NCBI GenBank assembly: GCA_002269645.1
Contig: NIVC01000792.1
Coordinates: forward strand, 7,888 to 71,887
Direction: 5' to 3'
Source: Macrostomum lignano
Taxonomy: Eukaryota
Length of the DNA: 64,000 nucleotides
Below the pieces are notes generated by a model. The model was not told the origin of the DNA and ran no database searches. It worked only from the letters and a program-made list of their open reading frames with translations. Below, piece after piece: positions 11,653 through 24,264 of the stretch. How positions within the stretch are numbered: position 1 is the first letter of the stretch; each line of letters begins with the position of its first letter. The translations under genes and the position numbers were made by a program.

Positions 11653-12819
11653 TATTAATAAACTGAGCAAATGCTCAAACTCAAGCAAATGCTCAGGTCA
11701 ATAAATAAGAATAAGTTGAGCTTTTGCTCATGAGCAAATGCTCATGAGTAAATGCTCGTGAGCATTTGCTCCGACTCATGAGAAAATTCTCAGCTGCAGA
11801 GCAATTACCCCAGTCAGTAAGAATAAAAACATGGCCATAGACAAAAGATCGGAGCAATTGCTCACAAAATGTTGAGACAGCTACCTAGCTGACTCAACTG
11901 GCAAGCAACTGCAGTTGAATGGCGGAATTTATGCCTGAAATCGCTCCTGCAAGGCGCAAGCTCTACCTTGAAAGGCTTTCGTCTGATGTCCTTCGAGATT
12001 GCGAGTACCAGCGGCTGTTGACAGCGTTGAGGCGAGCGGACGATGGCTTGTTGGCAGTGGCAGTGGCAGCGCTGCTGAGCAGAGGGGCACGATCTGCAGC
12101 ATCTCCATCGGCTTGCATAGGCCCGGCTGTGTCCAATGGCTGCGACGCTTCCGCATTACATGCTACTCCGCTCGACTGGCAGCCTGGCACCTTGCTGAAT
12201 ACAGGGTTTTCTGTTGCCTGCAGGAAGTATAGCATCGCCTCCTCCCATTTCTTCAGTTGGATCTTCCTGTTGCCGGTCCTGTTGATGTCTGCCTTAGCCT
12301 TCAGTCTTGCCTTCATATTGGCCAGCTTTTTGTTTATTTTTTTTGAATCCGTGCTCTTGCCACTAAGCTTCAACTCGCTCTGGATAGATAGCAATGCTGC
12401 CTTTTTCTTCTCCGCGATACCAGGCGTCTTTGCTTTGTCAGCAAGACACGGATGGCGTATTACGATATTCACAAACTGCTCGTCGCTGGCATCATCAGTA
12501 TCCATTTCAGATCAGTGCTTGCTAAGCTGTGTTTGCTATGCTGAGCTATGCGGCTATGCAACACTATACTTAGCTTCGATCGTTAGTGAGTGCTGCCGCT
12601 TCTCTTGCTGCTGCTGCAGCTCTGCCTGTCTATGGCTTTAAGCAGCCAGGTTGCTGCTCAAGCGGTTGAGCAATTACTCTGAGTCTGAGTTTTTTGTTTA
12701 TTCATACTGAATTGTTGCATTTGCTCTGACTCTGAGTATTTACTCAGCCTCGAGAAAATGCTCCAGCTCAGAGTGCGAGCATTTGCTCAAGAGCATTTGC
12801 TGATTTTATTCATACGGCT
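11653..12819 (-). mobile_element. PIF/Harbinger-type non-autonomous remnant carrying only the Myb/SANT ORF
   Basis: Degenerate TIRs: TATTAATAAACTGAGCAAATGCTC at left, GAGCATTTGCTGATTTTATTCATACGGCT at right. Repeated GAGCAAATGCTC subterminal motifs. No transposase ORF. Confidence 0.7.
11963..12505 (-). CDS. Myb/SANT-like DNA-binding protein (Harbinger ORF2 type), 180 aa
   Basis: Intact ATG-stop ORF with KKINKKLANMKARLKAK..RTGNRKIQLKKWEE..NPVFSKVPG, resembling Harbinger-associated Myb/SANT proteins. Confidence 0.72.
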   Translation of the reverse strand: MDTDDASDEQFVNIVIRHPCLADKAKTPGIAEKKKAALLSIQSELKLSGKSTDSKKINKKLANMKARLKAKADINRTGNRKIQLKKWEEAMLYFLQATENPVFSKVPGCQSSGVACNAEASQPLDTAGPMQADGDAADRAPLLSSAATATANKPSSARLNAVNSRWYSQSRRTSDESLSR

Positions 12820-13725
12820 TAGGAAGCATGCTTAGAAATACAGTGACAGTGACTCGTATGGCAAACGCTTGTCTACTCCTCCGATTTTAAAGTTTGGTTC
12901 AGTCACACAAATTTGGAAATCGTGTACAGCAGCTTTTCCAGAAATTCACACCCTCATCGTATCGCATCGTACACATCGTACATAGAGTGTAAAGATAATA
13001 AAGTCAGGGCCGCTGTGACTTAGCCTTTAAGGTACGGTGCATGCGAAATGCCGATAGCCCTTGGTGCTTTAGCTATTTGAAGGGGGGCTAATTGTTAACT
13101 GATGCGATGATACGATGAAATCCAGCTGAAAGGTAATATCAGCTTTGTGCATTTAGCTTCACTGATTCACAGACGGTGCTTAGCTAGAATTTGGTCACAG
13201 CGGGGTGTCGCAGGCTGTGATAAACAATAGCGCCGCAGTGCACATCCTGTAGTCAACTGCTCTGGCAGGCTAGACTTCAAATACCAAGACTAAAGCAGAA
13301 GAGAGAGAGAGAGAGGGTGGGGACCAAATTTGACTTTAGATCGTTCAATATAGTAGATACCGCGCCATATTTGAGGGCTAGAGAGAAAGAGAGAGATCCG
13401 CTTATAGAAGTCAGATACTGCGGGGCGAAGAGATAAGCAATTACTACTAAGCTGCTAGCCGGGGCGCATGTCGCATGCGAGATAATTCTGGGTGATTCGT
13501 GAAACTGAGGTTGTCGCAGCGAGGCTGCATCTAGTGGTGCTGTGCGTGTCCAGTCTGATACGGGGGAAATGCAGTTGCTAATTGATGTAAACACTCGCGA
13601 CTCCACAAGTTGCCTGGCACTGGTCCGCCAAGTTCAGGCTCACCTGGCTAACAACAGCAAATAAATGCCATAGCAAGCTTCCACTGCGTACGCTTTGCAC
13701 GAACAGCCAGCACAGTAGAGCAACA

Positions 13726-15560
13726 ATGGGCAGCGTCTTCTCAGTCTGCACGCAGCCGCGCACGGGCGTCTCGCCGGGAAACGCCGAGGCTGAGCTCAAC
13801 AAGTCGGCCGTCCGGCCAGCAGACCGCAACGTCTACATGGCGATCCACAATTTCGTGGCTACGCAGCCGGACGAGCTCACCATCTGCAGAGGCGACATGA
13901 TCGAGTTGGAGTTCACCGCCGAGCAGTGCCAGAGTAGCCAGTGGTGGAAGGCGCGCAACCTTGAGACAAACAGGAGCGGTCTGGTGCCCTACAACTACAT
14001 CACAAAGTACAATGGCCTGCCGTGCCAGCTATCTGGCTGGATGGATTGCAACCGGATGGACGCAAATCGGATGCTGCTGCGCGCCGGCCTGCAGGCTGGC
14101 ACCTACATCATCCGGCCGTGCGCCAGGCAGAACGCTGGTTTGGCCAAGCTGGCGCTCAGCGTTCGAACTCCGGACCGACGATGCGAGAACAACTTCTTAG
14201 TGAAGCACTACCAAATCAAGAACTCGGCTGATGAAACTGTGTTCTTCATCAACAAGTCGAAGACCTACCCGACTGTGCAGAAGCTGATCGATGAATACAA
14301 AAGTGAGTGAAACAAAGCTATGAAAAAACAAAGCAACTTTCATTGAAACTTATTAATTATGGACGATTGATCTGTACAAACTCAATTTTTTCTTCTGCTC
14401 ACCTAGACGGTGGTCTCTGCTCGCCATTGGCCGAGCCTTGTCCGACAGACCCACCGACTGTGCAGTTCAAAGACATCGAAGTTCCCCGCCAGACTCTCAG
14501 CATGGTGCGAAAACTTGGAGCTGGAAGCTTCGGCGAGGGTAAGAGTTGCTTATACTGTCTGTGCCTTGAATTATGCGGAACGGTAAAATGGTATGTTGCT
14601 TATTGATTATTAGAATCAGATAAAATTTTAATAAATTAGATAATGAATAAAAACTCAACGCTTTCCAGTGTGGCTGGCCAAATGGAACGGTATCCTTGAC
14701 GTGGCCATCAAGACGCTAAAGCCCGACACGGCCATGTCGCAGGAAAAATTCCTAGAGGAGGCAAAAATCATGCACAAGCTGTCCCACCCGAAGATTGTCA
14801 ACATTTTGGGAGTGTGTACCAAAATTCTCGAGCCAAACGACCAGATCTACATCATCACGGAGTTCATGGAGAATGGCGCGCTGCTGGACTATCTGAGAAA
14901 GTCGAACTCGGGCAGCAGCAAACTGCCGATGGCCACTTTGCTAGACATTGCCTACCAAATCGCAGACGGAATGGCTTACTTGGAGGAGAAGAAGTTCGTC
15001 CACCGAGACCTTCGGGCAGCCAATGTGCTGGTCGGCAAGGATAACTTTGTCAAGGTGGCAGACTTTGGCTTGGCCAGGTAACTGACTTTAGTCTCAATAT
15101 TTAAATAAGTACTTCTTGTTTCTAAAAAATCTTGAAATAACTAACTTACAGGGTAGTTCAAGACGATGAAATCTACCAGGCGGAGTCACTGGGCAAGTTT
15201 CCGGTGAAGTGGACTGCTCCAGAAGCGATGCATGAGAACCGCTTTACCACCAAGTCGGACGTTTGGTCCTACGGAGTGCTGCTGTACGAGATCCTCACCC
15301 TGGGCGGCTCAATCTACGTCGGCATGTCCAACCGGGAGGTCATGCAGTTTGTAAAGAATCCCAGAAATCGCCTCCCGGTGCCGCGAACGCCCGGAATGTC
15401 TCGGTCAGACGAAGAGATCGCCCTGCGCATTCACCAGCAGTACATGATGGCCTGCTGGAATCAGAACCCGGACGAGAGGCCCACCTTTGCCACTCTACGC
15501 AACGAATTCGAGGACATTGACAAGACACTGGAGCAGCAGTACACTGGTGACACCAACTGA
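13726..15560 (+). CDS. Src-family tyrosine kinase (SH3-SH2-kinase); exons 13726-14302, 14407-14538, 14669-15077, 15152-15560
   Basis: MG..C N-terminus; SH3 (AIHNF..DELT, WWKA, GLVPYNY); SH2; GAGSFGEV; VAIK; HRDLRAAN (Src signature); DFG; FPVKWTAPE; C-terminal Tyr (EQQY). All splice phases are consistent. AATAAA at 15673. Confidence 0.96.
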
Positions 15561-16893
15561 GCATCTTCTTTTAAAATTAGATTTGAAGACTTGAGAGCTG
15601 ACTCACAACTAATTGACTTAGCGAGTCAGCGACATGCACTAATATTTTATAGGTCAAGCTGACTTCATTTTAAATAAAGAATCATGTATTTATGGTTATA
15701 TACTCGTATGCTTAAAAATTAACAAATGTACACACAGAAACATGTTAAAGTTTCCAAACCGAAACCAGTAGTCAAAGTGGCAATTTGCGTCACAAGGCCT
15801 CAGCTTCGGCTGGTGAGGAGAGAGTGGAGACTTACGGCTAGAGTTGGATTAAAGCTGCCACTTGTTAACCACTAGATTCGGGTGGAAACTTTAGCTTGTT
15901 GCGTCAGCATAGCAAAAAGAAGCGTGCAGAAAGATGCTTAGATTCTCTGACGACCATCCAATTACTATCTGTGAATGCTTTCGCATGCTCGCCTCGTACC
16001 TGGTCGTACCTATTCGTACTATAAATATAATAATACGCTCTTTGCATGACTTTTACCTTGTATGTATATACTTGTTTTCATAAGTTTGGCAATATTTATG
16101 ATTTAATCAACTTAAGCTATTAACCCGAGTTTAAGCTAACCCGAGCCAGTATATTCTTATCGCGTATTCAAGATCTCATTACGATATCTACAAGTCAGAA
16201 ATCAATTTTCTCTCAGTATGACACTACTACAGTACCTAAAATTCAAAATCTAATTTTTTGGTTAATTATTCAATGAAAGTGTTTAACTATATTGAAGATT
16301 CTTCATATTTAAGCAACCTAAATTTAATCCCTGTAATCTAGATATCACTAGTGTGTACGATTGCGTAATATGTACGAGCTATTTTTGAACATGACGCTTG
16401 TTCGTTCGTACACAAAAGCAGCGCTGTGTTGGCCTTCCCGCCAGAATCATTAAACTGTCAACCAATTTGTGAGACAAGAACGACTTAATTAGGATATTGA
16501 AGTTCATTTCATCAATTTCGCAATTCTCAAGTGAGCTAGTTAAATTGCCCTTGGTAAACACGGCTAACCATGAGAAGCCAAAAGGGGATTTAAGTTGGTC
16601 CAAACTTTGGCTATTGAATAATGCATCAGAGTCTGGGATGAAATAGAACTGGCAGACTTTATCCACTAGTTTCGGTGTCTATTCGTCCAGCCATCTTGCG
16701 TCGCTAAAACAGCAGTGGCGAAGAAGTGTGTCCCGAGGTGACTGGCATACAGATGCAGATGGATCATAACATCTTTTTTCACCAAAGCAAAATCTAGAGG
16801 CATCACTACGAGTGGTACAAGCAGAAATGGTATCGCGATGGCAAGTAGCTGGTAGTTATGATACTCGTAATGAATTAATTATGATACTCGCAG

Positions 16894-18708
16894 CTATTTT
16901 GCTGGATTATCATTTTCGCGTTCGCACTTCATCTCGACATCCTCAATAGCAGCTGCTGCAGCCGCAGATGCAGCCGCCTTCTGTTTTCTGTGCACCCGGT
17001 GCATGAGAGCCACCTCGACCAGCTCCACAACAACAGCGCAGGTGAGGCCGAGAAACAAGCTGCACAATCCACCAATTTGGCTCATTAAAGCGCTAAAGTT
17101 CAGTGACTGGGCCTCGACTTTGAGCATCGTGTTGCAACTCTGGCGGCGCACTGTCACGTAGGCAAACTCATCGCTGTGCGAATCGAAGTCCAGCTTGAAG
17201 TCGTTGGTCGAGACGTTGGACAGACGAGGCCGAGTGAGCAGCCGCTTCAGACCGTCCTTGGCTAACTGGAACTGCTTGTCCCGCTCCGCCCCCTGCGGCA
17301 GTCTCTGACTTTCCCGTAGGCGGGAAAAACTCTGCGATTGTTTAAGTAGCCAATAAAGCTGCCAGTCGGTAGCCTTCCACACCGTCTGCGAGGTGAAGGT
17401 GTCGAATTTTGAATAGGAGCACGGCATTACGCATTCGCTGGAGCTCAGCCCGATCTTAAGCTCAGTAAAATTAATGCGGCTGAGGCACTGGAGGTTGTGG
17501 TGAATAGCCTTTAGTCCCAAACGCATGTCACCGCAGTACGGGTGCGTAGCGTTGGGGGGCGCCTCGCGCAGATACTCGGCATAATAGCAGCCGCACTGGC
17601 GCAGGACCCGACGCCCGATGGCTGCCTTGACGCAGCCGTCGGCCGAATAGGAGAAGTCCTGACCGAGGTCGCTGACTCGGCGAGACTTCATGACCTGCGG
17701 GTGAAGGCAAACGTCGCGCGGAGTGTCGGCCTCGTGCCAGCGTACGTGTCGGTAGTTAATCTCGACCAGTTTTCCTGGCTCGATGTGGATGCCTTTGGCC
17801 ATCGGGTCCGGATAAGTGTCGTTTTCGTGGACCTGTTAGGTTGAAATGTTTTTATTGAGTCGAGGAGTGGTTCACATTGAACAGCGCAGCTAGTCTAACT
17901 TACAAAAGCTTGATTGCATTTATCTCTCTAAAATACATTTTTATCGATTTCCTAGCGATTATAATAAAGGTAGTCAGAGACAGCTCTTTCTATTGACCTG
18001 CAATCGAAGTCCGTGAGCCTGTTCGAACGTGTCCTGAACAAAGGCCTCCTCAAAGCTGCTCTGTGGACCCTTGACAACGTGCAAAATTAGCGTGATCCAA
18101 TCGTGCGGCTGGTTGATTTGCACTTGGAAGCAGGTGAAAAATGACGGAATACTTATGCTCTTAATGATGAATTCGCAGCTGCTGGCCTCCGTTATGTCCA
18201 TTTGTTGGCCGTGGCCACGGATGCAGAAGATGAACACCTGAGGTATGGTGAAGCTGACATTGAGAGCGTGCTCGTGTGGCAGGGTCTGATAATACACCCG
18301 CTTGGTGTCGTAGACCAGCAAGTTCTCCATGCTCGAATAGTCGCTATTGTTAAACGCTTCAAAAGCCTGCCGGCGCAGCATTTTCGAATAATTAGTTGGC
18401 GACAGGACCGCTCCGCTTTCCCAAAGTTTGTACGCCGACTCTTGGAACGGGTAGTGATTGCAGAAGGTGAGCGCAGGGTAGCTGTGACTGGACATGTCGT
18501 TGATCACCAGCGTGGACTGTATGATAGTCTTGTACTGAGAGTAGTCGGAAACTATGAAGCAGACGCAGGTGAGCAGAGCGGCAGCCATGGCCAAGATGTA
18601 AATTGTCCAAATGGCTCGCAGTGGCCGGGTCGGCGCTTTCGACGCCTTAGCAACTCCTCGGAGAGAGGTGGAGTTGCAGAAGAATTCCAGGTCTTCTTTA
18701 AGGACCAT
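16894..18708 (-). CDS. DEG/ENaC (amiloride-sensitive channel family) subunit; exons 18708-17998, 17832-16894
   Basis: FCNSTSLRG pre-TM1, TM1, YPALTFCN, LQ|VHENDTYP..GIHIEPG, Cys-rich thumb, TM2 SQIGGLCSLFLGLT. Phase-0 GT-AG intron 17997-17833. The N-terminus may extend upstream via an acceptor at 18795. Confidence 0.93.
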
Positions 18709-20169
18709 CTCTAAGGCTTTCGACTCTTTTACGGGTAGCCTGTCCGGACCAGTTTGAGATCGACTTGGCAGTGGGACTTTTATGCTCTCGAGCACTGTTG
18801 GTTATGCTCTGCTTCAGGACGGCAGCCTATGACCGCCCCGCCCGCAGATCGAGGACCGTAAAACTACAGGGTCCATTGGGATGCCTGGGATTTCAGGCAG
18901 CAGAATGGACTGTTTTAGGGCCGAGCGGCGCAAGTTTTTCTGTCAGGGTTCATCTCTCGGTATCGATACAAGGCCATACAGTAAATCAGTCGCTGCTGTA
19001 CTGCAGCTGTAGCCGCTAAAATTGTAGCAAAAACTTTCGCTTGCGACAATTATGATAACTTTCAATTAATATTACCCTTAACTACAATGGGTCATAAAAT
19101 GGTCGGAAATTTTACATCCGGGATGACAGCGCATATTGCCATTCCTCAATGCTTTTCTCTTCATCAAGCAAATTTTTATCAATAGCTCAGAGACAGCACT
19201 TTCTCCAAATCCGTAAAAAGATACGTATATCATTTTATCGAGGCAAGTTTTTTTAAAGCTGAATAAATTATCGATTGCTTTTTCGGCACATGTTAAGTTT
19301 TTTCACCAACAGACAGTAAAATTTGACACCAGAGGTACCTCGTCAAAATTCTATGTTACTTTTAGGAATGTGACAAACTGGTTTTACAATATAAACGTTG
19401 GGTCCTCTCTTGGGACTGTGTCAAATATGAAAGCAAAATCTAGCCAAAAAACTGCTCCAAACCTATTTTCTTAGCATACTTTATTTGATTTTTGCTTAGT
19501 TGACAATTAGTAGAGTCTATCATACTAAGCCATTTATCACACGTCCTGGTCTTGTCTGCCTCCTGCATGGTAGTACTGAATATAGTAGTGAAAAATCTAG
19601 TCCATTTAAAAGCTAACTATTTCACTATCTAGCTAAAACTTAGACCTAGGCTCTAGCGAGCATCACGCAAGCAGTTTTTGCATGGCTTGTTTCGGGAAAA
19701 GTATAGTTAACAATTATCCCGCGAAATGACTCTCCCCATCCCACAGTTTTACGACTGAAACATTGACGAATTGAACGTTTCGGAATGGCTCGGAAGGGTT
19801 CTCCAATTTATGGAGCGTTTCCGGAACGATCTGCTTTGATGGCCGAATGTGTAGCACTTGGCGGCTTGCACGAAAGATGGAATCGCTTTTCTATCTAAAA
19901 TCTCCCTTCCCATTCGATTTGTTCATGTGGGAATATGTTGAAATTGGATAAACTGTGTTTTTTGTTAGCGAATTTACAAGCGTAGCTCATGACACTAAAA
20001 ACGAAGTTCTTCACGACCTAGCTAGTGCAAAACATCATTTTTAAACTTCTCAATTTCTCAGTTTATCGACTTGTTCTGTGACTGCTAATACTATCAATAG
20101 TAACATTTTTTCTTGAACATTGCTTTCCGTTCGTCCAATCCTTTCACTCACAATCTTTGCGAACACTAA

Positions 20170-20363
20170 AGGCCGTATGCAGAAAGCTCTGTCTAGGGTA
20201 GTCCGGTCTTGAAAAGCTAGTCTGGACTTGGATTTGGTATGCAGAAACACAAAGTTAGACCGGTCTACTATAGACAGAACTAAGGTAGCTAGACCATAGA
20301 CTATAGACTGAACTATCCAAGTCCGGACTAGCTAGTCTGGACTAGGCTTTATACATACGGCCT
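20170..20363. mobile_element. PIF/Harbinger (Tourist-like) MITE, 194 bp
   Basis: Termini AGGCCGTATG...CATACGGCCT; 3-bp TAA duplication at 20167-20169 and 20364-20366. Confidence 0.85.
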
Positions 20364-22090
20364 TAAGTGTAAGGTAGCTTTTCTAATCTGGTATGTGGCG
20401 TAATCAATGGCAAATAGGGTACGCAGCATGTCTATATAAATTAAACGGAAATCTCTCAGAAAACTACGTCAAACTGAAACAATAAGTGCTTTTTTAAGTA
20501 GTGTGTTGAACATCTTCAACCAAAAGTGTTTTCGATGCCGCTTGAATATTTTCCCTTGCTAGGTTTTTGTCGCGTCTGCAGTGCAACGCAGTCACACGCA
20601 ACTCCTGGACGCAATCACGCCGGAAATTGTATTCGCCGAGTTAATAGCAAGTTTCGATTTGACAGCATTCCCAGTTCGTTGAGACATTTTCAGTCCTGAA
20701 ATCACGCCGTTGCCGTAATGGTTTTTCTGAGGCACCGGACTGTAAAGTAACTTGAAGAGTCAGGGTTGAGTTGCGCAGCCACATCAATTTGTGGCTTGTG
20801 CACAAAATCACTGTCTAGATCTACAAAAATTGGCCCACGAGTTGTCCCTGCGATTCACAGAGCCATGAGAGCCAAGCTCAATGAGCAGAACAGAGAGTGT
20901 ACATGCCTGAGTATTAGTGAGTCGGGTCTGCTGTACACCCTGTGTGAGCGTTTGTATGAGTGCTGTGTCTGAGTACAGTATAGTGCGTTTGTATATGCTC
21001 AGGAGTCAGCGTAATCGGCAGAGTTGTCTCAACGCTGGTTGTTGGACGATGTCCCCGAAAACGTAGCGCCAAAGGGCCAATAGTTTTTGTTTTTTAACGT
21101 GAGAGCATAAAGGCGATATTTCAGCACTTGATACCCTGCTTGTAAACCCTGAAAAATCTTTCAAATTGATAACTTTTACAAGAAGTCTAACACAGATGCG
21201 AGCAAGTGTCTGAGTTTTTTGTTTCTTTGCTCACTGCTACGTCATGGCATTGACAAGCCCTTCCCCTGTTCGCCACCGTGTCGCGACGCCCCTGCCCCTT
21301 AGTTCCAGCAGCTAAAGCTAAGTCTATGTTTATTTATATCTAACTAGTAGCTAACGGCCAAAGCCATCAAAGTGTTCCAGGTGAAGCTGATAATTGGACA
21401 CACAAGTAGAGTTCTAGGTAACATTACTTCAGCCTGCATAATGAAGCAACGCTTTGCTGTAAAAAGCCTGCAATCTACAAAAGCAGAGAAAAGTGAGCAA
21501 AATGAGGGGACAGCTCAGTCAGTTAGTCCAAGCCTAGAGGCCTTTGCGAGCTCCGGGGCAGGCTTAAGAGCAAAATGTGAAATTGGATTGCGAAGGGGGG
21601 AGTGGGAGACAAGAATAAGCCTTGGTCCCGAGCGAGCGGGCAATTCCCCTTCTTCAAGGCCGGTTCAGTCGGTGCTTGGATATTTCTTTTCAATGGTTTT
21701 TTTCTCGCTCAGTGCCTCCCCGTTGGGGTGTTCTGGGTATAGAGAGTAGCCAGTTCTGTGCTCTGCCCAACTGTACAGTACAGTCATCAGAGATGCACAA
21801 ATTCGCGACATTCGAGCTGTGTGTGTATGCGCTTCCTTAATCTTGATTTGTTGCTATTGCGCTCATAATGGGAGAGATAGAAATGCACTTTCGCTGTCTC
21901 AGTGTCTGGCTAGATTTCGCGAGACTCGAGAGATGTAAACTTACAAATCGCTGATGTAACTGATCTATGGGAGTATGACTTGAGAAGAAAGTTGCAATGA
22001 GACGAGACTTTTGATGTTGACGCTTTATGAAATGCTTTTATACAGATACTGCAAGTATACAGATCAATATGCACTCTAGCTTGCCTCATC

Positions 22091-22624
22091 GTAGCTAGAT
22101 GCTAGAAGCAGTATATCTAGATGTTCAAGTAGCTAGATGTTAGAAGCAGTATATCTAGATGTTCAAGTAGCTATAGATGTTAGAGGCAGTATATCTGGAT
22201 GTTCAAGTAGCTAGATGTTAGAAGCAGTATATCTAGATACTCAAGTAGCTGATGTTAGAAGCAGTATATCTAGATGTTCAAGTAGCTATAGATGTTAGAG
22301 GCAGTATATCTGGATGTTCAAGTAGCTAGATGTTAGAAGCAGTATATCTAGATACTCAAGTAGCTGATGTTAGAAGCAGTATATCTAGATGTTCAAGTAG
22401 CTGATGTTAGAAGCAGTATATCTAGATGTTCAAGTAGCTGATGTTAGAAGCAGTATATCTAGATGTTCAAGTAGCTGATGTTAGAAGCAGTATATCTAGA
22501 TGTTCAAGTAGCTGATGTTAGAAGCAGTATATCTAGATGTTCAAGTAGCTGATGTTAGAAGCAGTATATCTAGATGTTCAAGTAGCTGATGTTAGAAGCA
22601 GTATACCTAGATGTCCAAATAGCT
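22091..22624. repeat. 37-bp (37-39) minisatellite, about 14 copies
   Basis: Unit GATGTTAGAAGCAGTATATCTAGATGTTCAAGTAGCT. Confidence 0.96.
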
Positions 22625-23026
22625 TTGATATTTCGAATGGCAATAAATTTTGTGTGTTTCTCGTGCTACTTATTCCCCATCTGCGTTTCTGCTCACCCCA
22701 ACAGCCAGTAGCTCTTGGAGAGGCAGCTGTGCGGGGAACCTCAACCCCACCAATAATTGCACGGTGATGGCGCCAACCTCAACTCACCTCGTCTCTACAT
22801 AGAGGACTTAAGTTCTGATTCGGGCTCTTCTTCTCTCCCCATCTCCCTCTTAAGTTTTTGGAATTTTTACAATTACCTCGTGTCCAAAAGCAGTTATGCA
22901 TCAGTTTGAACAGCTTGGCAACTGTCTGCAGCGAGGCCTCCTGCCCACTCAACTGCCGCTGGAGCGCTGATGTTTTGAGATCAAGGATTGCGTGAGTCGT
23001 TTGTAACTAACTGGTCGGTGCCGGTT

Positions 23027-24264
23027 CTGATTTATCTGGGCTTGATACCGGTAACTGTAGGCTTAGGTCTTATTAGATCAGGTAGATCTGATTTACCTGG
23101 GCTTGATACCGGTAACTGTAGGCTTAGGTCTCATTAGATCAGGTAGATCTGATTTACCTGGGCTTGATACCGGTAACTGTAGGCTTAGGTCTCATTAGAT
23201 CAGGTAGAGCTGATTTACCTGGGCTTGATACCGGTAACTGTAGGCTTAGGTCTCATTAGATCAGGTAGAGCTGATTTACCTGGGCTTGATACCGGTAACT
23301 GTAGGCTTGGGTCTCATTAGATCAGGTAGAGCTGATTTACCTGGGCTTGATACCGGTAACTGTAGGCTTGGGTCTCATTAGATCAGGTAGAGCTGATTTA
23401 CCTGGGCTTGATACCGGTAACTGTAGGCTTGGGTCTCATTAGATCAGGTAGAGCTGATTTACCTGGGCTTGATACCGGTAACTGTAGGCTTGGGTCTCAT
23501 TAGATCAGGTAGAGCTGATTTACCTGGGCTTGATACCGGTAACTGTAGGCTTGGGTCTCATTAGATCAGGTAGAGCTGATTTACCTGGGCTTGATACCGG
23601 TAACTGTAGGCTTAGGTCTCATTAGATCAGGTAGAGCTGATTTACCTGGGCTTGATACCGGTAACTGTAGGCTTAGGTCTCATTAGATCAGGTAGAGCTG
23701 ATTTACCTGGGCTTGATACCGGTAACTGTAGGCTTAGGTCTCATTAGATCAGGTAGAGCTGATTTACCTGGGCTTGATACCGGTAACTGTAGGCTTAGGT
23801 CTCATTAGATCAGGTAGAGCTGATTTACCTGGGCTTGATACCGGTAACTGTAGGCTTGGGTCTCATTAGATCAGGTAGAGCTGATTTACCTGGGCTTGAT
23901 ACCGGTAACTGTAGGCTTAGGTCTCATTAGATCAGGTAGAGCTGATTTACCTGGGCTTGATACCGGTAACTGTAGGCTTAGGTCTCATTAGATCAGGTAG
24001 AGCTGATTTACCTGGGCTTGATACCGGTAACTGTAGGCTTAGGTCTCATTAGATCAGGTAGAGCTGATTTACCTGGGCTTGATACCGGTAACTGTAGGCT
24101 TAGGTCTCATTAGATCAGGTAGAGCTGATTTACCTGGGCTTGATACCGGTAACTGTAGGCTTAGGTCTCATTAGATCAGGTAGAGCTGATTTACCTGGGC
24201 TTGATACCGGTAACTGTAGGCTTAGGTCTCATTAGATCAGGTAGATCTGATTTACCTGGGCTTG
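23027..24264. repeat. 61-bp tandem repeat, about 20 copies, highly homogeneous
   Basis: Unit CTGATTTACCTGGGCTTGATACCGGTAACTGTAGGCTTAGGTCTCATTAGATCAGGTAGAG. Confidence 0.97.

Noticed and set aside
11919-12641. 240-aa plus-strand ORF, and similar antisense ORFs at 18202-18714, 40406-40984, 53916-54335
   Set aside because: Shadow ORFs opposite recognisable GC-rich coding regions.
21265-21295. GCGACGCCCCTG hAT-like terminus
   Set aside because: No partner end or TSD found; too short to call.
22091-24264. 37-bp and 61-bp regular repeats as CRISPR arrays
   Set aside because: Units are head-to-tail with no unique spacers, there are no cas genes, and the context is eukaryotic.
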